Source: Candidatus Shapirobacteria bacterium (lineage in GTDB: Bacteria; Patescibacteriota; Microgenomatia; UBA12405). Taken from it: a stretch of DNA of 64,000 nucleotides. This document shows, one piece after another, positions 28,775-39,050 of this stretch (positions are counted from its first letter, which is position 1; the number at the start of each line of letters is the position of its first letter). The notes under the pieces were generated by a model. The model searched no databases. It worked only from the letters and a program-made list of their open reading frames with translations, and was not told the origin of the DNA. The DNA lies in NCBI GenBank assembly GCA_009885205.1, contig VFLE01000055.1, forward strand, positions 11,236-75,235. Direction: 5' to 3'. Both the position numbers and the translations under genes were made by a program.

Positions 28775-29197
28775 TTAAGCAGTTGTTTTTACGGGACGTT
28801 TAGTACCGTATTTACTGCGAGATTGTAAGCGACCAGCGACGGGGGCAGCGTCGTATTTTCCCCGTAAAATGTGATAACGGACACCTGGTAAGTCCCTGAC
28901 GCGACCGGCGCGAATGGAAACGATACCGTGTTCGGCCAAGTTGTGGCCAATACCGGGAATGTAGGCCGTAATGGTGGCTTTGTTGCTAAGTCGAACCCTG
29001 GCGACCTTACGCAAAGCCGAATGAGGCTTTTTGGGGGTCATAGTCTTGACCACTGTGACAACACCCTTTTTAAAAGGATTAAAAGACGAGACAAGGCGAT
29101 TTTTAATACTATTAAAGTTGTTACGCAGGGCACCTGATTTTAATTTTGAGCGCCTGACGACTCGACCTTTTCTGATTAATTGATTGACGGTTGGCAT
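28775..29197 (-). CDS. rpsL: 30S ribosomal protein S12
   Basis: [27 protein letters not shown]. Confidence 0.96.
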   Translation of the reverse strand: MPTVNQLIRKGRVVRRSKLKSGALRNNFNSIKNRLVSSFNPFKKGVVTVVKTMTPKKPHSALRKVARVRLSNKATITAYIPGIGHNLAEHGIVSIRAGRVRDLPGVRYHILRGKYDAAPVAGRLQSRSKYGTKRPVKTTA

Positions 29198-29203
29198 ATA
29201 TTT

Positions 29204-32200
29204 TTATATTTGTCGAATTTTCCCGACGGGAATTAGACGTCCGATAATAACATTTTCCTTGAGACCTATCAAGTTATCGACTTCACCCAAGAGTGAGGCC
29301 TCGGTCAATACCGAAGTAGTTTGTTGGAATGAAGCAGCCGAAAGCCATGATCCAGTGGAGAGAGCCGACTGAATTAGACCCAATAAAACTTTTTTGCCTC
29401 GGGCTGGTTTACCACCATTGGCTTTGGCTTTGTCATTTTGATCTTGATAAACAGCTTTGGTGACAATTTGACCATAAAGGAAATTGGTATCTTCGGGGTC
29501 ATTAATTTTGATTTTGTCACTCATCTCTTTGACCATAACTTCGATGTGTTTATCATGAATACCAACACCTTGTGATTCGTAAACACCCTGAATACTGTTG
29601 ATCAAATATTTTTGGGCCTCTTCCAAACCTGAGACTTCGAGAATATTGCGAACATCAAGAGGACCAGAGCAGAGTTGGGTTCCGATTGAAACTAGATCAT
29701 CATCGGCAACTAACAATGAAACATTGCTGGGAAGTTGATAAGAAACTGTTTTAGCAATATTTTCCTCATTTTTACCGGTAATTTTGATATCAAAACCGTC
29801 AATAGTCTCTTTGATCTTTATTTTGCCCGATAATTCGGAAATAGGTGAAGGGAATTTGGGCATACGAACTTCAAAAAGCTCCTGAATCCGGGGCAAACCT
29901 TGAGTCACGTCGACACCTAGAACACCTCCAGTATGCTTGGTTCGAAGAGTTAGTTGAGTCCCTGGTTCACCAATAGATTGAGCGGCGACGACTCCAACTG
30001 GAACACCTAAACTGACTAATTTACGAGTGGAAAGATCCCAACCATAGCATTGACGACATAAACCTTGCATCGATTTGCAAGTTAAAGGGGAGCGAACAGC
30101 AACCGAACTTACAGTTGAATTTTCGATAATAACTTGCAAGTGACTATCGATTAAAGTACCAGCGGAAACTAATACTTTTTTGGTGGTAGGATCGACAATA
30201 TCTTCGCCCACTACCCGACCTAATAAACGACGACCAAAGAATTTTTCCCGATTTTTTTCAGTACGAGAAATGATCCAATATTTAGTGGAGCCACAGTCAT
30301 CTTCGCGGGTGATGGCTACATGAGCACTGTCAACCAGACGACGGGTTAAGTAACCAGCGTCAGCAGTACGCAAAGCTGTGTCAGCCAAACCTTTGCGGGT
30401 ACCCCGAGCTCCGGTGATATATTCAAAAACGGACAAACCTTCGCGGAAATTTGATTTGGTAGGTAATTGAACGATTTTACCGGTAGGATCAACCATTAGT
30501 CCTCTCATACCGGAAAGTTGTTTGATTTGGTCCTTGGAAGCCCGCTTGATACCGGCAGCAGCAATAATACGAATAGGAGAATCAATGTCTAGAGTTGCCC
30601 AAGTTTTCTCCGCAATATCTTCGGTAATTTCCATCCAAATGCTTTGAGATAGACGTTTGCGTTCTTCGTTGGTGACTAGACCGGTTTTATAAGATTCTTC
30701 GATTTGAGCCACTCGATCGTTGGCGGCGGCGACGATTTTATTTTTTTCGGGTAAATAACCACAATCAGCCATAGATAGGGACAAACCAGATAAGGTAAAA
30801 CCAGCAAAACCAAGATCTTTGAGAGAGTCAATTAAATGCACAGTCTTAATTCGACCGGCAACTTCAATTGATTTGACAATCAAATCATTAAGAGCTTTTG
30901 ACCCAGCCATTGGAGTGTTGATAAACTCAAATTCTTTGGGTAAAACAGAGTTAAACCAAATTCGGCCATAAGTGGTTTTGACTAATTTGCCATTAATACG
31001 AACAACCACTAGTTCACGGAGTCCAATTTTTTTGGATTGATAGGCAAGGGTAGCTTCGTTGGTGTCGGCCAAAATTGATAAGTTACCAAATCCCTCATCT
31101 GTTTCGGTTTTAAGATCCGAACTTTGAACTGAGGTAATGTAATAACAACCGACTGCCATTTCCTGAGAAGGAATGGAAACTGGAGCCCCATCGGAGGGCT
31201 TGAGTAGATTTCGAGAAGGTAACATTAATAATTTAGCTTCGCGCTGTGAAGCGACTGATAGAGGTAAATGAACCCCCATTTGGTCACCATCAAAATCGGC
31301 ATTAAAACCTTTACAGACACAAGGATGGATGCGAATTGCCAATCCATCGGTTAAAATTGGTCTAAAAGCTTGAATTGATAGTTTGTGTAAAGTTGGAGCC
31401 CGATTTAATAAAACATAAGTATCTTTGGTGACTCTTTCTAAAATGTCGTAGACTTCGTCAACTCGATGATCGATTAAGTTTTTGGCACTTTTGATGTTAG
31501 CCGCCAGACCGGTGTTCATTAATTCACGTAAAACAAATGGTCGATAAATTTCTAGAGCAATTTCTTTGGGAAGACCAACTTGATTTAGTTTTAACTCGGG
31601 ACCAACTACAATCACTGATCGACCCGAATAATCAACCCGCTTACCAAGTAAGTTGCGACGGAAACGACCTTTTTTGCTTCGCAAAAGATCGGATAGAGAT
31701 CGGGGTAAACGTTTGGAATTACTTTTGCTTTTATTTTTGGTTGATTTTTGAGAATCAATGAGCATGTCAACTGATTCTTGCAACATTCTTTTTTCATTAC
31801 GTAAAATAATCTCGGGAGCTCCTAATTTGATAAGTTTTTTGAGACGATTATTGCGATTAATTAGTCGGCGATAGAGATCATTTAAATCAGAGGTAGCAAA
31901 ACGACCACCAGTGAGTTGAACCATGGGACGCAAATCTGGCGGAATAACTGGGACATGTTTGAGAATGGTCCAGCTAGGATCGATGGACTCGGAAATCATG
32001 CCATTTAGAATCCGAATCTTGTACATGATTTTCTTTTTCTTGAGCTTGGAACTAGTTTTTTCTAGTTCTATCTTGAGATTTTTGACGGTCGAGGGCAAAT
32101 CGAGACCTTGCATAACTTCAAGTAAAGCTTGGGCCCCCATTTGGGCTTCATAAAAAATGTTGGCCTTGAATTGGTCTAAATAAAACTCTTCTTCGTCGGT

Positions 32201-32920
32201 TAAAACTGAAAGGACTGATAAATTTTTGACTTTGTCTTCGAGGAAATTCATGAGTGACTCGATTCTATTTTTTTCGGCCGAAGCTTTGTTTTCGATTTTT
32301 TGCAAATCTTGTTTTAATTTGACAGCTCGTTCCTTTTGGGCAATTAAAAGCTGCTCGGGATTTTTGATTTTATTTTTGAGGGCCGTAGTTTCGGCCTCGG
32401 ATTCGGATTTTAATTTATCTGAGGTAATTTTGGAGTCAACATCAATTTGGGCTTGGCGTTTTTGAGAGTTGACCGAGAGATTGGTCATGGCCTCTTTACG
32501 TTTGTCATTATTGATGGAAGTTACCAGGTATTTAGTAAAATAAACTACAGATTCCAAATCTTTTTGAGAAACATCAAGAACAACACCAATGGGTGAAGGA
32601 GTATTTTTAAGGTACCAAAGATGAACGATAGGAGCAGCTAGGGAAATATGTCCCATACGCTCGCGACGGACTTTACTTGTCGTAACTTCAACACCGCATT
32701 TATCACAAATAACACCTTTAAATCGGATTTTTTTGTATTTTCCACAGTAACATTCGTAGTCATGACTGGGTCCAAAGATTTTTTCACAAAAAAGACCATC
32801 TTTTTCGGGACGCCAAGAACGATAATTAATTGTTTCCGGTTTTAAAACTTCACCTTGGGACCAAGCAAGGACTTCGTCGGGAGAAGCCAACTTAATCTTG
32901 ATACCTGTAAAGTTGAGCAT
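29204..32920 (-). CDS. rpoC: RNA polymerase beta' subunit
   Basis: NADFDGDQM, Zn-finger Cys, GKRVDYSGRSV; start 32920 or 32938. Confidence 0.98.
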   Translation of the reverse strand: MLNFTGIKIKLASPDEVLAWSQGEVLKPETINYRSWRPEKDGLFCEKIFGPSHDYECYCGKYKKIRFKGVICDKCGVEVTTSKVRRERMGHISLAAPIVHLWYLKNTPSPIGVVLDVSQKDLESVVYFTKYLVTSINNDKRKEAMTNLSVNSQKRQAQIDVDSKITSDKLKSESEAETTALKNKIKNPEQLLIAQKERAVKLKQDLQKIENKASAEKNRIESLMNFLEDKVKNLSVLSVLTDEEEFYLDQFKANIFYEAQMGAQALLEVMQGLDLPSTVKNLKIELEKTSSKLKKKKIMYKIRILNGMISESIDPSWTILKHVPVIPPDLRPMVQLTGGRFATSDLNDLYRRLINRNNRLKKLIKLGAPEIILRNEKRMLQESVDMLIDSQKSTKNKSKSNSKRLPRSLSDLLRSKKGRFRRNLLGKRVDYSGRSVIVVGPELKLNQVGLPKEIALEIYRPFVLRELMNTGLAANIKSAKNLIDHRVDEVYDILERVTKDTYVLLNRAPTLHKLSIQAFRPILTDGLAIRIHPCVCKGFNADFDGDQMGVHLPLSVASQREAKLLMLPSRNLLKPSDGAPVSIPSQEMAVGCYYITSVQSSDLKTETDEGFGNLSILADTNEATLAYQSKKIGLRELVVVRINGKLVKTTYGRIWFNSVLPKEFEFINTPMAGSKALNDLIVKSIEVAGRIKTVHLIDSLKDLGFAGFTLSGLSLSMADCGYLPEKNKIVAAANDRVAQIEESYKTGLVTNEERKRLSQSIWMEITEDIAEKTWATLDIDSPIRIIAAAGIKRASKDQIKQLSGMRGLMVDPTGKIVQLPTKSNFREGLSVFEYITGARGTRKGLADTALRTADAGYLTRRLVDSAHVAITREDDCGSTKYWIISRTEKNREKFFGRRLLGRVVGEDIVDPTTKKVLVSAGTLIDSHLQVIIENSTVSSVAVRSPLTCKSMQGLCRQCYGWDLSTRKLVSLGVPVGVVAAQSIGEPGTQLTLRTKHTGGVLGVDVTQGLPRIQELFEVRMPKFPSPISELSGKIKIKETIDGFDIKITGKNEENIAKTVSYQLPSNVSLLVADDDLVSIGTQLCSGPLDVRNILEVSGLEEAQKYLINSIQGVYESQGVGIHDKHIEVMVKEMSDKIKINDPEDTNFLYGQIVTKAVYQDQNDKAKANGGKPARGKKVLLGLIQSALSTGSWLSAASFQQTTSVLTEASLLGEVDNLIGLKENVIIGRLIPVGKIRQI

Positions 32921-32940
32921 ATTTTTAAATTTAAACATAT

Positions 32941-35900
32941 TTAGTTTTCCTCCTTGACTTCAACTTCTTCTAACACAGGTTCTGGTTCTATTTCACCATC
33001 GGGAGAAATATCGATAACCAGTCCTGCTAATTCTTTGGTAAGAACTTTAAATGATTCGGGGATATCAGGCTCGGGAATAGGAGTGCCTTTAATAATAGCT
33101 TGAAAAGCCCGAGTTCGACCTTCAATATCGTCAGACTTGATAGTCAACATTTCTTGGAGAATGTGGGCAGCTTGATGGGCTTCAAGAGACCAAACTTCCA
33201 TTTCTCCTAACCGTTGACCACCCATTCTGGCCTTACCACCTAAAGGTTGTTGAGTGACCAGGGAATATGGCCCGGTAGATCGAGCATGAACTTTGTCATC
33301 AACCATGTGAACCAGCTTAAGAATATAACCAACACCAACAACTGTTTCTTGTTCGTAGGCATCACCAGTGCGACCATCATAAAGCTGAGTTTTTCCGGTG
33401 ACTGACAAACCAGCGGCTTTTAGCTCGGAACCAATTTGATCTTCGGTGTATTTTTCAAAAACAGGGACGGCATAATGTTTGTTTAATTTTAGTCCGGCAG
33501 CGGCCAAGGTGACTTCAAGGATTTGACCAAGGTTCATACGAGCCACGACCGAGAGAGGTGACATAACCAAATCAATGGGAGTACCATCGGCCAAACGGGG
33601 CATGTCATACTCGGGCATGATGCGACAAATAACACCTTTATTCCCGTGTCTTCCGGCAATTTTGTCACCTTCTTGGATACGACGAATTTGGGCAACATAA
33701 ACCTTGACCATTTTGTTGACACCAGGATCGAGTTCGTCTTCTTGTTCTTTGGACAATATTTCAACCTTGATGACGACTCCCCCTTCTCCATTGGGAACGC
33801 GAAGTGAGGTATCTTTGACTTCACGGGCTTTTTCTCCAAAAATGGCACGAAGTAATCTTTCTTCGGCACTAAGTTCTTTTTCACCACGAGGTTCAACTTT
33901 ACCAACTAAAATGTCATTAGGACCGACGGTAGCGCCAATCATGACAATACCATCTTCGGTCAATTTAGCCAACTCATTTTCGGAAACATTGGGAATATCT
34001 TTGGTCAATTCTTCGGAACCTAATTTAGTTTCAACCACATTAGCTTGATATTCATAAATTTGAATATTGGTTAAAACATCTTCTTTAACCAGTCTGTCAG
34101 AAATTAAAAATGAATCTTCGTAACCAAGACCATCAATAGAGGCGTAGGCAACTAGTAAATTAGTACCAATGGATAATTCACCATTATCAGTAGAAGGACC
34201 ATCAATAATAACTTCACCTTTTTTGACAACATCGCCAACATTGACTAAAACTTTTTGATTATAACAAGTACCATAGGGTGAAGTACGTTCAAATTTTGCG
34301 GTAAAATAGGTAATATCATCGACGATTACTTTGTCGGCGTCAACATAAGAAACGACACCGGCTTTGGTGGCTTGAACTGAACGGTGCATAGCAGTAGCAA
34401 TTTCTCGCTCCATACCAGTTCCAACAATGGGGGCTTGGGGTTTGACCAATGGTACGGCTTGAGTCTGCATGTGAGAACCCATTAGGGCCCGAGTAGCATC
34501 GTCATGATCGACAAAAGGAATTAGAGAAGCCGAGGAACCAATGATTTCGTTGGGAACCATGTCGACATATTCAACATCATCAATGTAACCTTCGGCAAAT
34601 TCGCCTTGAAAACGAACTGGTACCCAATTTTGAGTAATATTATTTTTGTCATCAACACTAATACTTAAATTAGTAGTCTTGTGATTAAACTCATCTTCGG
34701 CGTCCAAAAAGACGATATCGTCACTAATCGCTAGTTTTTTACCATTTTTAATAATTTTTCTAAAAGGGGCAAGCAAAAATCCATATTTATCGACCTTGGC
34801 GTACAGGGCTAGATAAGTAACCAAACCGATGTTGGGACCTTCGGGAGATCGAACGGTACAAATACGACCGTACTGGGAGGCATGAACGTCACGAATCGAA
34901 AAGGCGGCTCGCTCACGAGTTAAACCACCAACACCAACGACAGTCACCCGACGGAGTAAATCAATTTCGGCTAAAGGATTAGTTTGGTCTAAAATAGCGG
35001 ATAATTGATTGCTTCTAAAAAAAGTATTGAGAGAGGAAATCATGGGTTGTGGGTTGATCATTTGACTGGGACTGGGTTTTTCTTTGGTAGAAAGAAGAGA
35101 CATTCTCTCCTTAACCATTCGCTCGAACCGAGCCATAGCGGGTCTGAGGGCAATTTGGGCGACGATTTCACCAGCACGACGTAAACGACGATTGGCGAGT
35201 GAATCGATATCATCAAATTGTTTGGTTTCACCTTTTTGTAATTTGATCAAATGTTTGAGAGTGGCGATTAAATCTTCGGATCGAAGTACCCAATTTTCTC
35301 GATTGGTATCATCAAAATTAAAACCAAATTTTTTATTGACTTTGTGACGACCAACAAAACCTAATTCATAGGTTCGCAAATCAAAAAAACGATCGTTAAA
35401 AAATTTCTCTGAATTCTCCAAAACTACTGGTTCGCCGGGACGCATTTTGCGATAAAATTCGAGCAAAGCTTCTTCCTTGGTTTTGGTCGGATCGGCAGAA
35501 ATAGTACTATTAATATATTCACCAAGTTCGTTTTGAATTTGTTTGTCGGTATACCCGGTTAAGGCCCGAAGTAAAACAGTAGCCGGAACTTTCTTTTTTC
35601 GGTCAATACGGGCAAAAATAACTTCTTTTTTGCCAACAAAAAATTCTAACCAAGAGCCGCGGACAGGGCGAATTTCGGCATTACAAAGATTTTTACCAGT
35701 ACTGTGATCAATTTGAGCGGTAAAATAAACGCCAGGGGAACGAACTAATTGATTGATGATACCCCGTTCAATACCGTTGACAATAAAAGTTGCTTCGGGG
35801 GTCATGGTGGGCAAGTTTAGGAGGAAAACTGATTCTTCTTTGACTAAACCAGTCCGTTTGTTGGTTAGTTTGGCTTTGACAACAATGGGAACAGTATAAT

Positions 35901-36138
35901 TTAAGCCTTTGATTTTGGCGGTGGCAGGGGAAATGGTGATTTCGTCAAAAGTAATTTCACCTAATTCGAGAAGCCAGTTATTGCCTGTGTAGTCGGAAAT
36001 TGGAGAAATGGAGCGGATGGTTTCAATTAAATCTTTTTTGAGGAATTCGGCCCAGGATTCTTTTTGAACAGCTAAAAGGTCAATGGTCGGGAGGGAGGAG
36101 TAATTTTTACCCCAGTTGGTTCTTTTGGCGGAAGACAT
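32941..36138 (-). CDS. rpoB: RNA polymerase beta subunit
   Basis: GDKIAGRHGNKG, HARSTGPYS, GGQRLGEME. Confidence 0.98.
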   Translation of the reverse strand: MSSAKRTNWGKNYSSLPTIDLLAVQKESWAEFLKKDLIETIRSISPISDYTGNNWLLELGEITFDEITISPATAKIKGLNYTVPIVVKAKLTNKRTGLVKEESVFLLNLPTMTPEATFIVNGIERGIINQLVRSPGVYFTAQIDHSTGKNLCNAEIRPVRGSWLEFFVGKKEVIFARIDRKKKVPATVLLRALTGYTDKQIQNELGEYINSTISADPTKTKEEALLEFYRKMRPGEPVVLENSEKFFNDRFFDLRTYELGFVGRHKVNKKFGFNFDDTNRENWVLRSEDLIATLKHLIKLQKGETKQFDDIDSLANRRLRRAGEIVAQIALRPAMARFERMVKERMSLLSTKEKPSPSQMINPQPMISSLNTFFRSNQLSAILDQTNPLAEIDLLRRVTVVGVGGLTRERAAFSIRDVHASQYGRICTVRSPEGPNIGLVTYLALYAKVDKYGFLLAPFRKIIKNGKKLAISDDIVFLDAEDEFNHKTTNLSISVDDKNNITQNWVPVRFQGEFAEGYIDDVEYVDMVPNEIIGSSASLIPFVDHDDATRALMGSHMQTQAVPLVKPQAPIVGTGMEREIATAMHRSVQATKAGVVSYVDADKVIVDDITYFTAKFERTSPYGTCYNQKVLVNVGDVVKKGEVIIDGPSTDNGELSIGTNLLVAYASIDGLGYEDSFLISDRLVKEDVLTNIQIYEYQANVVETKLGSEELTKDIPNVSENELAKLTEDGIVMIGATVGPNDILVGKVEPRGEKELSAEERLLRAIFGEKAREVKDTSLRVPNGEGGVVIKVEILSKEQEDELDPGVNKMVKVYVAQIRRIQEGDKIAGRHGNKGVICRIMPEYDMPRLADGTPIDLVMSPLSVVARMNLGQILEVTLAAAGLKLNKHYAVPVFEKYTEDQIGSELKAAGLSVTGKTQLYDGRTGDAYEQETVVGVGYILKLVHMVDDKVHARSTGPYSLVTQQPLGGKARMGGQRLGEMEVWSLEAHQAAHILQEMLTIKSDDIEGRTRAFQAIIKGTPIPEPDIPESFKVLTKELAGLVIDISPDGEIEPEPVLEEVEVKEEN

Positions 36139-36250
36139 CGCTAAATTTTAATTAATAAAAAATAGACGAGTTATGTTCCAACTGCTCGCCAAATGTAGAG
36201 CATTATATCCCTTATTATTTATGAGTACAATAGGTCAAATTTTATTTCTA

Positions 36251-37147
36251 TTAAAAATCGAATTCTTTAGTAATTTTTTGGGTCTTTTTATCAACATCAA
36301 ACCAATTAAAAGTGGCGGTATGGTCATCTTTAATTTCATAAACATGAATCACCCATGCAGATTTGTCGTCTGTATCGTGGTCATACTCAATAATAGTATT
36401 TGGAACTGTTTTTCGATAATTTATGACTTCAGGAAGTTGAGAAACTAAATACATTGCTGTTTGTTGATATGCAAGTTCAGCCATGTCAATGAATTTAAAG
36501 GTGGAGAGGATTTGGTTAAAATCAGACTGAAGTAAAGTTTCTGCAGGATATTTGGCAATCGTAATAATATTATTTTTATAAAACAAATAATAGGTGATGC
36601 CTGTACCATTCCCCTGCCATTCTAAATATTTTGCTGGATAACCTCCAATAGTTAGACCATTTGTTGAGATAACTTTCCCTCCAATTCCTGAAGGATCGTC
36701 TTCTATACTCTTTAGTTGTTTGGCAAAATATTCTTCTAAAGTCTGATTGGCTGTATTTGGACTAACCCATATTTCAACTTTTAATTCATTGCCTTGCATT
36801 GAATAGCCTTTACGATTAGTTAAATCAACTGGACTCATAAGTGAAAGATATAATGTTTCACTGTTATTTGTAGGAGAATTTTCAGTTAGAGAATAATTTT
36901 TAGGATAATCAAAATTAAATCCAAAATCTGTATTTATATATTTGCCGTTATAATTTACGATTGGTAATGGAGTTGTAATTGCGGTTGTTTGGGATAAATC
37001 TACAACTGGATTGGTTATTGGGGTAATAGTTGAAATTTCAGTAGTTTTTACTGATTGGCGGCCGAGGAGAAAAACTCCGGTGAGAAATAAGACAAAAGCG
37101 AGGGAGATTATAATTAAATTTAAATAATTTGTTTTTGGTTTGTCCAT
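36251..37147 (-). CDS. TM-anchored PsbP-like surface protein, paralog A
   Basis: N-terminal TM, T-rich linker, Y.N..FGFNFDYP, ILSTFKF; N-terminus shared with the next gene. Confidence 0.7.
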   Translation of the reverse strand: MDKPKTNYLNLIIISLAFVLFLTGVFLLGRQSVKTTEISTITPITNPVVDLSQTTAITTPLPIVNYNGKYINTDFGFNFDYPKNYSLTENSPTNNSETLYLSLMSPVDLTNRKGYSMQGNELKVEIWVSPNTANQTLEEYFAKQLKSIEDDPSGIGGKVISTNGLTIGGYPAKYLEWQGNGTGITYYLFYKNNIITIAKYPAETLLQSDFNQILSTFKFIDMAELAYQQTAMYLVSQLPEVINYRKTVPNTIIEYDHDTDDKSAWVIHVYEIKDDHTATFNWFDVDKKTQKITKEFDF

Positions 37148-37188
37148 ATTAAAAGAGTAACATTTTTTGAAGGACAATAGGTCAAATT

Positions 37189-38181
37189 TTAGGGATTGAC
37201 CACTGTTTTTTGAAGAGTCTCAGGATTGATTGAATACAGATTTGTAATATTTTGGTCGTAAGGAATTTCTTTAACATTAAGTTGATTTGTTTTTGACCAA
37301 TTTAAACAATATGAAGATTGAATTCCAGAAAGTAATGTTTTACGTTGCTGTAGGTCAAAAATGGTGTAACCCCAGTAACCGGAAGTGCCGTATTCTATAC
37401 ACGCAAATTTTTTATTTGGTGAAAATATCAATTGACCTGGATAATCAACTGGCTTTTTGTCAAAGATATATTTTTTGTTGTTAAAAATAAAATATGCAGA
37501 GTAATCTTTGACGTCAATTTGGAGTTCCTTGCTATTTGGTAAATTAATTAAATTTACTATATTTTCGGTGAATTTAAAGGTAGAGAGGATTTCCTGATAT
37601 ATATTAATATCATTAGAATTTATGACACCTTCTTTTGGTTGAAGTGTTAAAACGTAGATATTGTTACCGTTCTTAAAATATGTAGAAAATACCGAAAAAC
37701 CAGCAGCATTATAGTTTTCTTGACGTTGAATACAATTTAATCCAGCTATGACAGTTTTTTTGGTTGAAATAACAGCAATTGAGGATGTACCTTCATATTC
37801 AGTTGAGTTTTGTTTATCTTTTTTTGACAAATACTCCGAAATTGTTTTTGAATTGTCTTCTGTAATATCGATAAGAAAGATCGATTGATTTGGTGAAGAA
37901 ATATACACATAATTTCCAGTTTCTAAAAGAGCTTCTTTGTTTGCATTCCAACTTGATGGATAATCAAAGGAAAAAATATTTTTACTGTCAGTATATGTTT
38001 TCCAATTTTGGATTGGATCAGTGACACTGGTTGGTATTGCCGTTGTTTGGGGTAAAACGGTGATGGGGTTGGGAATGGTTTTTACTGACTGACGGCCGAG
38101 GTAGAAGACACTGACAATAAATAAAACAAAAGCAAGGGAGATTAAAATTATATTTAGATAATTTGGTTTGGGTTTGTCCAT
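37189..38181 (-). CDS. TM-anchored PsbP-like surface protein, paralog B
   Basis: NWKTY..FSFDYP, ILSTFKF; different C-terminal domain. Confidence 0.7.
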   Translation of the reverse strand: MDKPKPNYLNIILISLAFVLFIVSVFYLGRQSVKTIPNPITVLPQTTAIPTSVTDPIQNWKTYTDSKNIFSFDYPSSWNANKEALLETGNYVYISSPNQSIFLIDITEDNSKTISEYLSKKDKQNSTEYEGTSSIAVISTKKTVIAGLNCIQRQENYNAAGFSVFSTYFKNGNNIYVLTLQPKEGVINSNDINIYQEILSTFKFTENIVNLINLPNSKELQIDVKDYSAYFIFNNKKYIFDKKPVDYPGQLIFSPNKKFACIEYGTSGYWGYTIFDLQQRKTLLSGIQSSYCLNWSKTNQLNVKEIPYDQNITNLYSINPETLQKTVVNP

Positions 38182-38196
38182 ATAAAAAGAATAGCA

Positions 38197-38993
38197 CTAA
38201 TTTATTGATCTTTTGGTTTTAATATTTAAATAATTTTTTGAGGAAATGACGGATTTTGGGGATTTGGATTCGATTTCGGTGCGGGCGACTTTGGCAACAT
38301 GACCGCCATCATTGGCGTCTGTTTTTAAGTTTGAAAATGTTTTAGAGTCTCTATCCTTGGTAAATTTGGTGGTGGAAGCTTCACCAAGCATGGTTAAAAT
38401 TAATTCGATATCATCCATGTGGTCACGTAAATTTTCGCGTTTTAGACGGGGACAAAACCGCTTTTCATTATTTCATTGGTTAATATGGCAAAATCAATAT
38501 TGCGTTTGACTCCCCTATTTTTCCATTCATCAGTTAAGGTATGACGAACAGCAATACCCCGAGCCTGTTTGTCAATCCAATCTTGAGGATAACCTTTCTT
38601 TTCGTAAATAGCTTTCATCCTGTCCATGGCCAATTCGGGATTTTCGATTTCTTGAATTCGCTCATGTCCAACTAAAGCTAGCCATTGTTTGAATGGTTCG
38701 GCTTTGGGTGAAGGAATTGTTTGAATTATACGGAGTAAAGTTTTAGTATCGGCACAATCGGATAATCGTTTTCTACCATCAGATGCGATTAATTTTAATC
38801 GTACGATATTCTCGTACACTTGGCTGAACCCTTCTTTGTTTAGTTTTATTTTTAAGTCACTCCAATATCGTTTTGGGATGTTGCTGTCGGATAATATTGA
38901 GATCACATCAATAACAGAAAACCACCAGTCATTTTTGAAATAAATTTTTCGAACTTGTTTTCCTTCAAACAAAGCGATTTTGTTTGATTCCAT
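38197..38993 (-). pseudogene. BRO-N domain (phage antirepressor-like) gene, frameshifted near 38445
   Basis: WWFSVIDVI, SPKAEPFKQWLA in ORF1; KRENLRDHMDDIELI continues in another frame. Confidence 0.75.
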
Positions 38994-39050
38994 AGCTAAT
39001 ATTACCGAAGTAATACCGAAGTGTCAATAGAACAAAATAGGTCAGACTTA

